Source: an uncultured Acidimicrobiaceae bacterium (GTDB taxonomy: Bacteria; Actinomycetota; Acidimicrobiia; Acidimicrobiales; RAAP-2). From it: DNA of 64,000 nt. The stretch is from positions 500,488-564,487 of the forward strand of contig CAVYQI010000003.1 in the NCBI GenBank assembly GCA_963770635.1, given 5' to 3'. The notes below the pieces were generated by a model, which saw only the letters and a list, made by a program, of their open reading frames with translations, did not search any database and was not told the origin of the DNA. Each line of letters starts with the position of its first letter. Position 1 is the first letter of the stretch. Positions 46,417 through 56,093 of this stretch are shown piece by piece. The translations under genes and the position numbers were made by a program.

Positions 46417-46463
46417 CTGGACGGCCTCGGTCGACGCGCCCCTCGCCCTGCGTCGTTCTCGCG

Positions 46464-47615
46464 TCAGCCGCCCTCGCCGTTGCCCCCGTCGTGACTGTGG
46501 GCGGGCAAGAACAGCAAGCCCTTCGGGTCGGTGAAGGTGTTCCCCAGCGAGGTGATCTTGCCGGTGGTCAAGTCCAGGGTCCCGAGCAGGGGGTTGCCGT
46601 TGTCGCTCGGCTCGGTCACGAACACGGTGCCCGCCGGCCAACCCGATGTGTCGAAAGCCTGGACGGTATTTCCCAACGTGTCCACGACGTAGAGCGTCCC
46701 ACTGTCCGCGGTGGCGACGGCGAGCCCGTCGATCGGCGGCACGTTGCCGGCAAGGTTGTCGGTCACGTTGAGCACGGTGAGCCGTGGGCTGTTGCCATGG
46801 ATATCGGCAAACACGATCTTGCCGTCCGCCTGGCTGATGGTGGCCAACGTGCCCGCGAACCGGGGGCTGGTTTCAGGCATGGCCAGGTTGGTGTCCGGAT
46901 CGGTGAGCGCCAGCTGCACCGAGCGGCCGGTGACGGCATCGGTGGCGGTGCCGTCGTCGAAGAACACCGGACGCAATTGGGCGGTATGGGTGCGGCCGTC
47001 CAGATCCACCTCGTAGTCGGTCGCCTGAGTGGTGTCACTGGGATTGGAATGGGCGACGTAGATGTGACCGTGGAGGATGGCGATGCTGTCGGTGCCGCCG
47101 TTCCCGTTGACCTCCGGGCTGGGGCTGTAGTCGTAGGTGGTGACCGTCGCTCTGGCCGGGTCGACGATGTTGAACCTGGAGTTGGCGTCCTCGTTGTCGG
47201 TCGCGATCAGCTGCCCATGCGCCCGGTCGGCGGTCAGACCGTCCACCTTGCCGGTGATCGGGATCGACTCGACAAGGGCGCCGGTCTCCGCGTCGTACCC
47301 GGCCACCGTGCTCTGGACCGGACCGCTGGGATTGCCAGGAGTCCCGTCCGGGTTGATCCCATTTTGAAAGGCGGTCCAGACGACCGGATTGCCGTGGTCG
47401 ACGCCCTCGACCGCGAGAGAGGTGATGTCATCTGGACCCACGGCGCCAGGGGGCGGGGCCCCGATGAAGGGCGATGCCGGTAGCGTGGTCGGCCCGCGGT
47501 GGGGGTCCGGGCCAGATGCGCCGGCCGTGCTGCTGCCAAACGTCGAGAAACCGGCGAGGGCGATCGCCGCGGCAGTGGCGACGGCGATGCCGACTCTGGC
47601 GGCAGTCTTTCTCAT
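46464..47615 (-). CDS. hypothetical secreted protein (signal peptide; beta-rich, propeller-like)
   Basis: MRKTAARVGIAVATAAAIALAGFSTFG signal-like N-terminus, repeated beta-strand-like segments, and an acidic/Gly tail HSHDGGNGEGG. Confidence 0.6.
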   Translation of the reverse strand: MRKTAARVGIAVATAAAIALAGFSTFGSSTAGASGPDPHRGPTTLPASPFIGAPPPGAVGPDDITSLAVEGVDHGNPVVWTAFQNGINPDGTPGNPSGPVQSTVAGYDAETGALVESIPITGKVDGLTADRAHGQLIATDNEDANSRFNIVDPARATVTTYDYSPSPEVNGNGGTDSIAILHGHIYVAHSNPSDTTQATDYEVDLDGRTHTAQLRPVFFDDGTATDAVTGRSVQLALTDPDTNLAMPETSPRFAGTLATISQADGKIVFADIHGNSPRLTVLNVTDNLAGNVPPIDGLAVATADSGTLYVVDTLGNTVQAFDTSGWPAGTVFVTEPSDNGNPLLGTLDLTTGKITSLGNTFTDPKGLLFLPAHSHDGGNGEGG

Positions 47616-47822
47616 TTGGATGGTTCCTCTCCCTCAGTCGAGCGACGGGCAAACGAGCGCCTGGACGGCTTGAGGCAGTACGGGCCCCGGTGGGCAGACT
47701 TCCCATCGCCGGCAGGATCAAAACGCACATCACCAAGAAATTGCCCCGAGTTAACGCAATGACAACGGTTCGCCCAAGATTTCACCGGAAGTTCGCGAAC
47801 CGATGCCTGCGCTTCGCCGTGG

Positions 47823-48236
47823 CTACCCGTTCACGAATCGGGCGCGGGCAACCTGCCGCTCCCAACCGCTGGCCTCCCAAAAGCTGGTCGCCCGTACCTC
47901 GTCCTCGGCGACGATCGCCTGGAGTCGAACGGCTCCCGCGGCTCGCAGCCGACCAACGGCCGCATCAACAAGGTCGCGAGCGAGACCCCGGCGGCGGTAG
48001 TCGGGGGCGACCGCGAGACGATAGATCGATCCTCTCCAGCCGTCCCAGCCGGCAATGACTGATCCGACCAGGACACCGCCGGTCTCGGCAACCAGGAGGG
48101 CCCTCGGATCGAAGGTGATCAGCCGATCGAGACCGTTCAGATCATCGGTGTGCGTTGGTTCAGCTCCTGCCACCCGCCAGAGTTGCAACACCGCATCCAG
48201 ATCGGCAGGCACTGCCGTTCGTATGTTTACATCCAC
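47823..48236 (-). CDS. GNAT-family N-acetyltransferase
   Basis: YRLAVAPDYRRRGLARDLV acetyl-CoA-binding (Q/RxxGxG/A) motif; 137 aa. Confidence 0.8.
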   Translation of the reverse strand: MDVNIRTAVPADLDAVLQLWRVAGAEPTHTDDLNGLDRLITFDPRALLVAETGGVLVGSVIAGWDGWRGSIYRLAVAPDYRRRGLARDLVDAAVGRLRAAGAVRLQAIVAEDEVRATSFWEASGWERQVARARFVNG

Positions 48237-48326
48237 TCTCGAATGGTATGCGAGCGCCTACCGCGCTCTCGACGGACCGAGACTCGCCGAGAGACGCGGC
48301 GCGGGCCAACCCGCCATACTTCTTGG

Positions 48327-48878
48327 ATGGTCAATGAGATTGACACCTCACCGGGGGGTCCGATCTGCCCGAACTGCCGGCAACCACTTCGAGTCCATCT
48401 CCGCCAAGAACAGCTCGCGGCACGGGGTATTTCTGCACACGATGCCCCCAATCCGGTGTCGATCAGCTACTGCGGGAACTGCGGATGGACTCTCTCCGCG
48501 GTGCCCGGGCCATCCTGGATCGCCGCCAGCGGCGATCCAGAATCGGTCGAGGTGGCAGGTCCGGAAGACGAGACGACGCTCGAGGGTCAGTTCCAGCTTC
48601 GGTGTCGTGACCTGGTTGCCGAAATCCGCACCCTCGGGTTCACCCCCGTCGGGTGGATTGGACTGATCAACCGGGTTGGAGCCCTTCAATGTGCCGCACA
48701 GCTTCTGGCTGATCGTCGAATCCTCCCCGTCACCCATTGGCTCGTCGATCAAGGACACCCAGAGCTGACGTTAGAGCACGAGATCGAGCAGCCTCGGTGG
48801 GCCGCCTTATTCACCGACGACGATCGAGAAGAGGCGCGGTGGCGGCTGACCATCGCGGGCAGGAATCCGGAGGGTTAG
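48327..48878 (+). CDS. hypothetical protein with N-terminal zinc-ribbon (CPNC...CGNC)
   Basis: The start is set at the internal ATG (MVNEIDT) to avoid overlapping the GNAT gene. It has two CxxC pairs, then an acidic linker and a ~110-aa C-terminal domain of unknown family. Confidence 0.5.
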   Translation: MVNEIDTSPGGPICPNCRQPLRVHLRQEQLAARGISAHDAPNPVSISYCGNCGWTLSAVPGPSWIAASGDPESVEVAGPEDETTLEGQFQLRCRDLVAEIRTLGFTPVGWIGLINRVGALQCAAQLLADRRILPVTHWLVDQGHPELTLEHEIEQPRWAALFTDDDREEARWRLTIAGRNPEG

Positions 48879-48899
48879 CCCGACCTGACCAGGTATGCG

Positions 48900-49448
48900 T
48901 TGGACATCTGTGCCGATCCGCCCCATGATCATGCGGTGGAATCGCCCTCGCTGGTTGAAACCGTCGCCCGGCTACCGGGGACACTTCTCCAGCTCCCGAG
49001 CACCGTTCTCCGGGCGCTGAATGCTCTCAACACCCTGGCTGATCGCATCGAGGGTTTGATGACCCTGCTGGAGCGGATGGAGGGCGGGGTAACCCGGGCC
49101 GGCAACGGGGTCGAGCTGGCCGCCACCGGCATTTCCCAGGCCGTATCGGGACTCGAACGGGCCGTGGGCACTCTCGATGGCTCGTTGCCGACGCTGGCCG
49201 ACTCGGCCGCGTCGCTCCGGACCCTGACCGAACGGCTCAGCGGCGTGGCGGTCGACCTGGCCACCCAACTGCCCAAAGCCACCGCCACCCTGCAAGAAAT
49301 CTCTCCCGAATTGGGCAAAGTGGTCGGCACGCTCGATGAGCGAATGGGTCATCTCGACCGCGTGGTCACCGATCTGGCCCAATTGGTCGAGGCAGTCATT
49401 GGAACCATCCCGGGCATGCGACGCGTGCTGCGGGGAACCGGAGTCTGA
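48900..49448 (+). CDS. hypothetical alpha-helical repeat protein
   Basis: 182-aa ORF (TTG start; GTG 48936 is an alternative) with Leu-rich heptad-like repeats (LxxLxxRxxGL...). It lies 21 nt after the previous gene and 9 nt before the next. Confidence 0.5.
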   Translation: MDICADPPHDHAVESPSLVETVARLPGTLLQLPSTVLRALNALNTLADRIEGLMTLLERMEGGVTRAGNGVELAATGISQAVSGLERAVGTLDGSLPTLADSAASLRTLTERLSGVAVDLATQLPKATATLQEISPELGKVVGTLDERMGHLDRVVTDLAQLVEAVIGTIPGMRRVLRGTGV

Positions 49449-49457
49449 GGAGGCACC

Positions 49458-50210
49458 TTGAGCAGCACCGATCACGACGCAGCACTGGAAGTTGTCCGGT
49501 CCACCTCCGAGCCGATCCATGACATCGGGACCGCGATCTACTTGAGTCCCGACGTGTTCGGGTGGGCGGCCGAGTGGGGCTGGCCGAATCCGTTTGCCTT
49601 CTACTTCGCCGGCCGAGGGGCGATGCTCGGCGACGTCGGGTCCGACGTCGTCTGTTCCGCCATGGGATGGTTCCACCCCGGGGCGGTTACCGCGATGTAT
49701 GACGAAGGCATCGCCGTCGCCGGAGCCACCGCGGTGGCGCAGCGTATGGCCGAGGTTCACGCCCTCTGGGGACAGAAGCATCTGGCTGACATCAAGGGCC
49801 TGGACGACATCGTCGCCGTGACCGAGACGCTGGTCGACGGGCTTGAAGGGTCGGCCATCCCCCTCTTCGCCGGGTGGCGATCGGCACCCAAAGCCGAGGA
49901 CCCGGCCGGGCGCGCCGCCCAGCTGATGCAGATCCTGAGGGAGTGGCGCGGCGGCCTGCACCTGGTGGCCACGACCGCCGTCGGTCTGTCACCCTTGGAG
50001 GCGATCCTGACCAACGAGGGCGAAGGGCAGGCCAAGTTCTTTGGCTGGTCGGAACCGTTCCCCGACTGCCAGGCCATCAAGGAGAAGCACCAGGAGGCCG
50101 AAGACATCACCGATCGGCTCAGCGCCGCGTCTCTCGGACAGGCCCTCGACCCCGGGCAGTTCGAAGCCTTCGAAACCGGTGTCGCGGCGGTGCGCGCCGC
50201 GCTCCCGTAA
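49458..50210 (+). CDS. hypothetical protein (resembles actinobacterial SCO6745-type proteins of unknown function)
   Basis: AIYLSPDVFGWAAEWGW..FAFYFAGRGAMLGDV and LREWRGGLHLVA blocks recall that family. This is from memory, not searched. Confidence 0.5.
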   Translation: MSSTDHDAALEVVRSTSEPIHDIGTAIYLSPDVFGWAAEWGWPNPFAFYFAGRGAMLGDVGSDVVCSAMGWFHPGAVTAMYDEGIAVAGATAVAQRMAEVHALWGQKHLADIKGLDDIVAVTETLVDGLEGSAIPLFAGWRSAPKAEDPAGRAAQLMQILREWRGGLHLVATTAVGLSPLEAILTNEGEGQAKFFGWSEPFPDCQAIKEKHQEAEDITDRLSAASLGQALDPGQFEAFETGVAAVRAALP

Positions 50211-50294
50211 CTTCCTGGGCCCGGGTCTCCGGGGACGCAATCCCCGAATCGTTAGGCCTCTCGCGATCGACACACCAGAGAGAAAGACGTCCTC

Positions 50295-51377
50295 ATGACC
50301 TATCGAGTGATCCAGTGGGCCACCGGGGGTGTGGGTCGCGCCGCTATCCAAGGGGTGCTCGACCATCCCGACCTCGAGCTCGCCGGCGCCTGGGTGCACA
50401 GCCCGACCAAGGAAGGGGTCGACCTCGGCACCCTGGTCGGCCGCCAGCCGATCGGGGTGACCGCCACCGGCAACGTTGAGTCCCTGCTGGCCACCGACGC
50501 CGACTGCGTCGTCTACAGCCCGTTCATGGCCGACCCCACCGTGGTGACCGCCATCCTCCAGTCGGGAAAGAACCTCGTCACCCCCCTGGGCTGGTTCTAC
50601 CCGCCATCCGATGAGCGCGACCAGTTCGACGCGGTGGCCGCCGATGCCGGCGTCACCCTGCACGGCACCGGCATCCACCCCGGGGGCATCACCGACCGCT
50701 TCCCGCTGATGATCTCCGCGCTGTCGGGCTCCATCACCCACGTGCGCGCCGAGGAGTTCTCCGACATTCGCACCTACGGTGCCCCCGATGTGGTGCGCGA
50801 TTGGATGCTGTTCGGCAAGACCCCGGAAGAGGCGCGGGCCAGCATCATGCTCAACGCGCTGGGCATCGGATTCTGCCAGTCGATCTCGATGGTGGCGGCC
50901 GAACTCGGCTTCGACGTCGACCCGGATTTCCGCACCAACCACCGGATGGCGGTCGCCACCGCCCCCATCGACTCCCCCATCGGCCCCATCCAGCCGGGAA
51001 GGGTGGCGGCCCAGCGGTTCACCTGGGAGGCCACCGTCGATGGTGCGCCGGTGGTCACTGCCGCCGTCAACTGGCTCATGGGCGAAGCGGACCTGGACCC
51101 CGCCTGGACGTTCGGCCCCGAGGGTGAACGATTCGAAGTCGAGGTCACCGGGGATCCGAGCTGCCTGACCACCTTCAAGAAGCTGCACCCGGAATCGGTC
51201 GAAGCCGGACTGGTGCGAAATCCGGGGATCGTGGCCACCGCCATGCACTGCGTCAATGCGGTCCCCTACGTCTGCGCCGCGAGGCCCGGGTTGCTCACCT
51301 ACCTGGACCTGCCCCTGGTGGCGGGACGCGCTTCCCTCCGCGCTGCACCGGAGCCGGGGTTGAATCCTGCCGACTGA
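50295..51377 (+). CDS. dihydrodipicolinate-reductase-like NAD(P)-dependent dehydrogenase family protein
   Basis: YRVIQWATGGVGRAAI Rossmann-type N-terminus; 360 aa. The call is family level only. Confidence 0.7.
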   Translation: MTYRVIQWATGGVGRAAIQGVLDHPDLELAGAWVHSPTKEGVDLGTLVGRQPIGVTATGNVESLLATDADCVVYSPFMADPTVVTAILQSGKNLVTPLGWFYPPSDERDQFDAVAADAGVTLHGTGIHPGGITDRFPLMISALSGSITHVRAEEFSDIRTYGAPDVVRDWMLFGKTPEEARASIMLNALGIGFCQSISMVAAELGFDVDPDFRTNHRMAVATAPIDSPIGPIQPGRVAAQRFTWEATVDGAPVVTAAVNWLMGEADLDPAWTFGPEGERFEVEVTGDPSCLTTFKKLHPESVEAGLVRNPGIVATAMHCVNAVPYVCAARPGLLTYLDLPLVAGRASLRAAPEPGLNPAD

Positions 51378-51444
51378 GGCAGCCGCCGGAGCACCGGCCC
51401 TCCCGCCGACGCCGAGGTCACCAGGGCGGGAACAATCGGCCCGG

Positions 51445-52725
51445 ATGCCTCAACTAACCTCTGCGCTCGTGCGTCTACGTTGGCTGTTGTGGTGCCCGGT
51501 GCTGGCATCCGCAGCGTTCCTCCTGGTCCAGGCCTTGCAGCTGGCTACCCATAACCACAACGACCTCGATGTCTATCTGGTGGGGGCCAGGCACCTCTTC
51601 GACGGCACGATGTACACCAACCGGTCATCGCTCTACGGGCTCCCCTTCCTCTACCCGCCGATTGCCGGGTTGGCCTTTCTGCCCCTGACCTGGATCAAGA
51701 TGAAAACCGCCATCTACCTGTGGGCCGTCTTCAATTCCGTCCTGCTGGTGGGACTGATCGGCGTCTCCATCCGGGCCGCCCGACCGGCGATGTCCTGGAC
51801 CCGGTTGCTGTGGTGGTCGATGGCGCTGTCCTGGCCCGCCTACCACCTCGACCCGATCTTCCAGACCATGAACTTCGCCCAGATCAACATCCTGCTGGCA
51901 TTCCTGATCATGTGTGACCTGGCCATCTCCCGCCAATTCCTCCAGCGGGCCCTCCCCGAGGGAGTGCTGCTGGGGCTGTCGGCGGCGGTCAAGCTCACTC
52001 CGCTCATCTTCGTGCCCTTCCTGGCTCTGGCCAGACGGACCCGTACCTCGGTGACGGTGGTGGTGACCTTCGCGGCGGCCACCCTTTTGATGTTCGCCAT
52101 CGTCCCGCGGCTTTCCTGGTCGTTCTGGACCAACTACGCCTTCAAGGCGAGCCGGGTCGGCGTCTATTACATCAGCGATCAGAACGTCCAGGCGGCGGTG
52201 GTCCGCATCAACCATGCCCTGGTGCCGAAGTTGGTGGTGGACGTGGTGGTGCTGGCGGTGGGGGTTTTCGGCGTGGTGGTGGCCGCCTGGGCCTACCGGG
52301 CATCCTCCCGTCTGCTCGGTGTCCTGGTCGCGGCGGCCACCGGTCTCCTGGTGTCCCCGATCTCCTGGGACCACCACATGGTGTGGGTGGTGCCGGTCAT
52401 CGGCTGGTTATGGCTCGGCGAGGATCGCCCGATGTTCGGCCGGCTCTGGGCGATTGCCACCGCGGTGCTGTTCTGGCAGGCCCCCATCTGGTGGGTGCCC
52501 ACGGACAACGGCACCCAATTCAGCCTCCACGGGCTCAACCTCTTCTACGCCAACTCGTTCTTCTTCGCCACCCTGCTGTTCGTGGTCGGGATCGCGGTCA
52601 TGCTCACCCTCCGGCGCCGATCGCAGAAGCCGGCCCCGACCGAAGCCATCGTCGGCGATGGCACCGGCAACGGGCGGTCCGAACCGCCCCAATTGAAGGA
52701 AGCCTCGGTGGTGGGCTCGAGCTGA
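51445..52725 (+). CDS. glycosyltransferase family 87 (DUF2029; polyprenol-phosphate-mannose-dependent mannosyltransferase-like)
   Basis: NDLDVYLVGARHLFDGTMY...LPFLYPPIAGLAFLPL signature in a polytopic membrane protein of 426 aa. Confidence 0.78.
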   Translation: MPQLTSALVRLRWLLWCPVLASAAFLLVQALQLATHNHNDLDVYLVGARHLFDGTMYTNRSSLYGLPFLYPPIAGLAFLPLTWIKMKTAIYLWAVFNSVLLVGLIGVSIRAARPAMSWTRLLWWSMALSWPAYHLDPIFQTMNFAQINILLAFLIMCDLAISRQFLQRALPEGVLLGLSAAVKLTPLIFVPFLALARRTRTSVTVVVTFAAATLLMFAIVPRLSWSFWTNYAFKASRVGVYYISDQNVQAAVVRINHALVPKLVVDVVVLAVGVFGVVVAAWAYRASSRLLGVLVAAATGLLVSPISWDHHMVWVVPVIGWLWLGEDRPMFGRLWAIATAVLFWQAPIWWVPTDNGTQFSLHGLNLFYANSFFFATLLFVVGIAVMLTLRRRSQKPAPTEAIVGDGTGNGRSEPPQLKEASVVGSS

Positions 52726-52818
52726 AGACTCCGTCGGTGGGTCCGGCCCTCATGGAGGTCCCGCTCACGTACGCTGGCCGTCAGCGCAAACGCCGATCGA
52801 GTTCACAGGGGGAGTCGG

Positions 52819-53589
52819 ATGGCCGAGTTGTTCTCCATTGCCGGGAAGGTGGCCCTGGTTACCGGTGGGTCACGAGGGATCGGACTCATGATCGCCTCGG
52901 GATACGTCGACGCCGGAGCCAAGGTCTACATCTCGTCCCGGAAGGCGGAGGTGTGCGACGCGGTGGCGGCGGAACTGTCGACCCGGGGCGAGTGCATCTC
53001 CCTCCCCGCCGATCTGTCCACCGAGGATGGCTGCCGGGGATTGGCCGAGCGGTTGGCCGAGCGGGAAGCGCGCCTCGACATCCTGGTCAACAACGCCGGA
53101 GCCACCTGGGGCGCCCCGATCGAGTCCTTCGACGAGGCGGCCTGGGAGCGGGTGCTGGCCCTCAACGTCAAAGGTGTCTTTCACACCACCAAATTCCTCC
53201 TCCCTCTCCTCCGGGCGGCGGGAACCACCGAGGAGCCGTCCCGGGTCATCAACATCGGGTCCATCGACGGGATCCACGTCCCCCAGCTGGAGACCTACTC
53301 GTACTCGGCCTCGAAGGCGGCCGTCCACCAGCTGACCCGTCATCTGGCCAAACGGCTGGCCCCGGCGACCACCGTCAATGCCATCGCCCCGGGACCGTTC
53401 GAGTCGAAGATGATGGCCGCCACCCTGGAGGCGTTCGGCGAGCAGATCGCCGCCGCCGCCCCCCTCCGCCGGATCGGGCGGCCCGATGACATAGCCGGCA
53501 CTGCCATCTTTCTCGCCTCCCGGGCCGGCGCCTACCTGACCGGGGCCATCATCCCGGTCGACGGCGGGATCGCCACCGTGGGGGCGTGA
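52819..53589 (+). CDS. SDR-family oxidoreductase (FabG/RhlG-like)
   Basis: VALVTGGSRGIG, NNAG, YSASKAAV and PGPF motifs. Confidence 0.9.
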   Translation: MAELFSIAGKVALVTGGSRGIGLMIASGYVDAGAKVYISSRKAEVCDAVAAELSTRGECISLPADLSTEDGCRGLAERLAEREARLDILVNNAGATWGAPIESFDEAAWERVLALNVKGVFHTTKFLLPLLRAAGTTEEPSRVINIGSIDGIHVPQLETYSYSASKAAVHQLTRHLAKRLAPATTVNAIAPGPFESKMMAATLEAFGEQIAAAAPLRRIGRPDDIAGTAIFLASRAGAYLTGAIIPVDGGIATVGA

Positions 53590-53642
53590 CCAACCATTGA
53601 TCGAGGGCCGCTGCCCCGGTTCGCCGCACAGGAGGGTGAAAC

Positions 53643-54047
53643 ATGACCGAGGATCGAGCGGCGGAGTTCGCCGGATCCCAGCCGTTCGCCGATCTGATCG
53701 GTGTCGAGGTCACCTCGGTCACCGCCGACCGGGTGGTCGCCCGGCTCGACTGGGCACCCGAACGGTGCACATCGGGAGGGATGCTCCACGGCGGGGCGAT
53801 GATGAGCCTGGCCGACGCGGCCGGCGGGCTGGTGGCCTTCGTCAACCTCCCGGCCGGCACCACCGGCACCACCACGGTGTCGTCGGCGACCCAGTTCGCC
53901 GGCGGCCTCCGCCAGGGTCGGGCCACCGCCACCGCTCGGCCGCTGCACGTAGGCCGCACCACCATCGTGGTCGAGACCGACGTGCGGGACGACGACGACC
54001 GGCTCCTGGCCCGGGTGACCCAGACCCAGGCGGTGCTGACCGGTTGA
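53643..54047 (+). CDS. PaaI-family hotdog-fold thioesterase
   Basis: GMLHGGAMMSLADAAGG motif typical of the PaaI/YbgC-like hotdog fold; 134 aa. Confidence 0.85.
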   Translation: MTEDRAAEFAGSQPFADLIGVEVTSVTADRVVARLDWAPERCTSGGMLHGGAMMSLADAAGGLVAFVNLPAGTTGTTTVSSATQFAGGLRQGRATATARPLHVGRTTIVVETDVRDDDDRLLARVTQTQAVLTG

Positions 54048-54065
54048 TGCTCGATGAGCGGCCGG

Positions 54066-55653
54066 TTACCGCCGGGCCGGGTCGGTGGCCCCGGCGTCGC
54101 CGGCGTAGCGGTCCCGCAGGATCCCCCGGTACAGCTTGCCGTTGTCCTGGCGAGGGAGCTCGTCGATGAACTCGACGGTGCGCGGGCACTTGAAGTGGGC
54201 CAGCCGCTGGCGGCAGAAGGCCATCAACTCGTCCGCCAGCTCCGGGCTCGGCTGCAGCCCGGGCTGGAGCTCGACTACGGTTTTGACCGCCTCACCCCAC
54301 TCGCGATCGGGGACGCCGATGGTGCCGACGTCGCCGACCGCCGGGTGCTCCAAGAGGACGGCGTCGACTTCGGCGGGGTAGATGTTCACCCCTCCGGAGA
54401 TGATCAGATTGGCCGAGCGGTCGGTCAGGTAGAGATACCCGTCGTCGTCGAAGTGGCCGACATCACCCAAGGTGAAGGAGTCGCCCACGTAGGTGTCGGC
54501 TGTCTTCTTCGGGTCGTTGAAGTACTTGAAGGCGGTGCCGTCCGCGGCCTTCGAGGAACACCAACCCGGTCTCGCCGGCCGGCAGGGGGGTGCCCTGCTC
54601 GTCGCCGACCATCACCATGCCCTTGACCAACGGCTTGCCGACGGTGCCGGGATGAGCCAGCCAGGTGGCCGAATCGACGAAGGTCCCCAGGCCCTCGGTG
54701 GCGGCGTAGTACTCGGAGACGATGGGCCCGAGCCAGGCGATCAGCCGCTGTTTGGTGACCACCGGGCAGGGGGCGGCTCCGTGGAGGATGTAGCGCAGCG
54801 AGGACACGTCGTAACGCTGGCGGGTCTCCTCCGGGAGCGACAGCAGCCGGTGGAACATGGTCGGGACCATGTGGGTGTGGGTGATGCTGAGGTCCTCGAT
54901 GAGACGGAGGGCGTCCTCGGCATCCCATCGCTCCATGAGGACGACCCCCACCCCGTAGTGCAGCGGCACCGCCAGCGAGAACGCCAGGGGGGCGGCGTGA
55001 TAGAGCGGGCCGGTGCACAGATGCCGGTCGACGTCATCCTCGACGTAGCCGCCGATATTGACGTCCAAGGTCGCCGAGGGCGTCGGCGGACGAGCCACCC
55101 CCTTGGGCCGACCGGTGGTGCCCGAGGTGTAGAGCATGCTGGTGCCGAGCACCGGGTCCTCGAGGTCGGTGCCGTCCTCGGCCTCCAACAGCCCGTCGTA
55201 GGCCTCGGCCCCGGCGACCGCGCCTCCGATGACCACCACCGAGACGTCGGCGTCGGATTGCGCCGCCGCCCCCGACGCCACGGTGGCCCGGGCGGTGTCG
55301 GCGAACAGGACCTTGGCCTCGCAGTCGTTCACGATGTAGGCCACCTCGCCCACGGTGAGATGCCAGTTGACGGTGGTGAGGCGCAGCCCGGCCCGCTGGC
55401 AGGCGCACACGACCTCGGCGAACTCGGGCCGGTTGTCGCACAACAGGGCCACCGCGTCCCCGGCCTTCAGGCCTCGCCGGCGGAGGGCCCGGGCCAACCG
55501 GTTGGCGTTCTGGTTCAACTCGGTGAAGGTCCGGGTGCCGGTGGGCGAGATGATCGCCTCCCGACCCCCGTGACGGCCGGCCCAGTACGCCACCACCATT
55601 CCCCGGTCAGCCAGCTGCTTGCGGCGTTGAGCCTCGACCGGTGCCGTGGTCAT
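54066..55653 (-). pseudogene. AMP-dependent acyl-CoA synthetase with one frame break near 54548
   Basis: ORF 54463..55983 carries LYTSGTTGRPKGV and YYAATEG. After ...GLVFLE the family sequence (AADGTAFKYFNDPKKTADTYVGDSFTLGDVGHFDDDGYLYLTDR...GKLYR) continues in the frame of ORF 54066..54488. ATG at 55653. Confidence 0.85.
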
Positions 55654-56093
55654 GGGACGGTCCCTCCCGGTGACGGTGCGAACAAGGGAAGCTGGCGGCC
55701 GTCGGAGAGCGGCTCCCAGGTCACCGACACCTGCATCCCGACCTCGACGTCTTCGGGCGGGCAACCGACGATGTTGGTCATCAGCCGCACCCCTTCCTCC
55801 AGCTCGACCAGCGTCACCACGAAGGGCTGGCCCATCGAGAAGCCGACGGGTGGCGGGCGGTGCTCGATGCTGAAGGCGTACACCACCCCGGATCCGGCGG
55901 CTGGGCGCCATTCGATGGCCGATCCCAGGCACCTCGGGCACACTTCCCGCGGGTAGAAGAACGCCCGCCCGCAGTCGACGCACCAGGGCAGCACCAGCTG
56001 GCTCCGGCGGGTGGCCTCCCAGAACGGGCCCGACGCCGGGCCGATCGGCGGTTCGAAGCGCAGCGGTGGGACGGCCGGGGGGGCGGAGCTCAC
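55650..56093 (-). CDS. DUF35 OB-fold/zinc-ribbon protein (thiolase-associated)
   Basis: CVDCGRAFFYPREVCPRCLG zinc ribbon plus an OB-fold segment. The GTG 56093 start overlaps the upstream thiolase stop (GTGA). Confidence 0.8.
   Translation of the reverse strand: MSSAPPAVPPLRFEPPIGPASGPFWEATRRSQLVLPWCVDCGRAFFYPREVCPRCLGSAIEWRPAAGSGVVYAFSIEHRPPPVGFSMGQPFVVTLVELEEGVRLMTNIVGCPPEDVEVGMQVSVTWEPLSDGRQLPLFAPSPGGTVP

Noticed and set aside
47823-48236. GNAT as a TacT-like toxin of a toxin-antitoxin pair.
   Set aside because: No small RHH/DUF1778-type ORF lies upstream or overlapping. The 90-bp upstream gap has no ORF.
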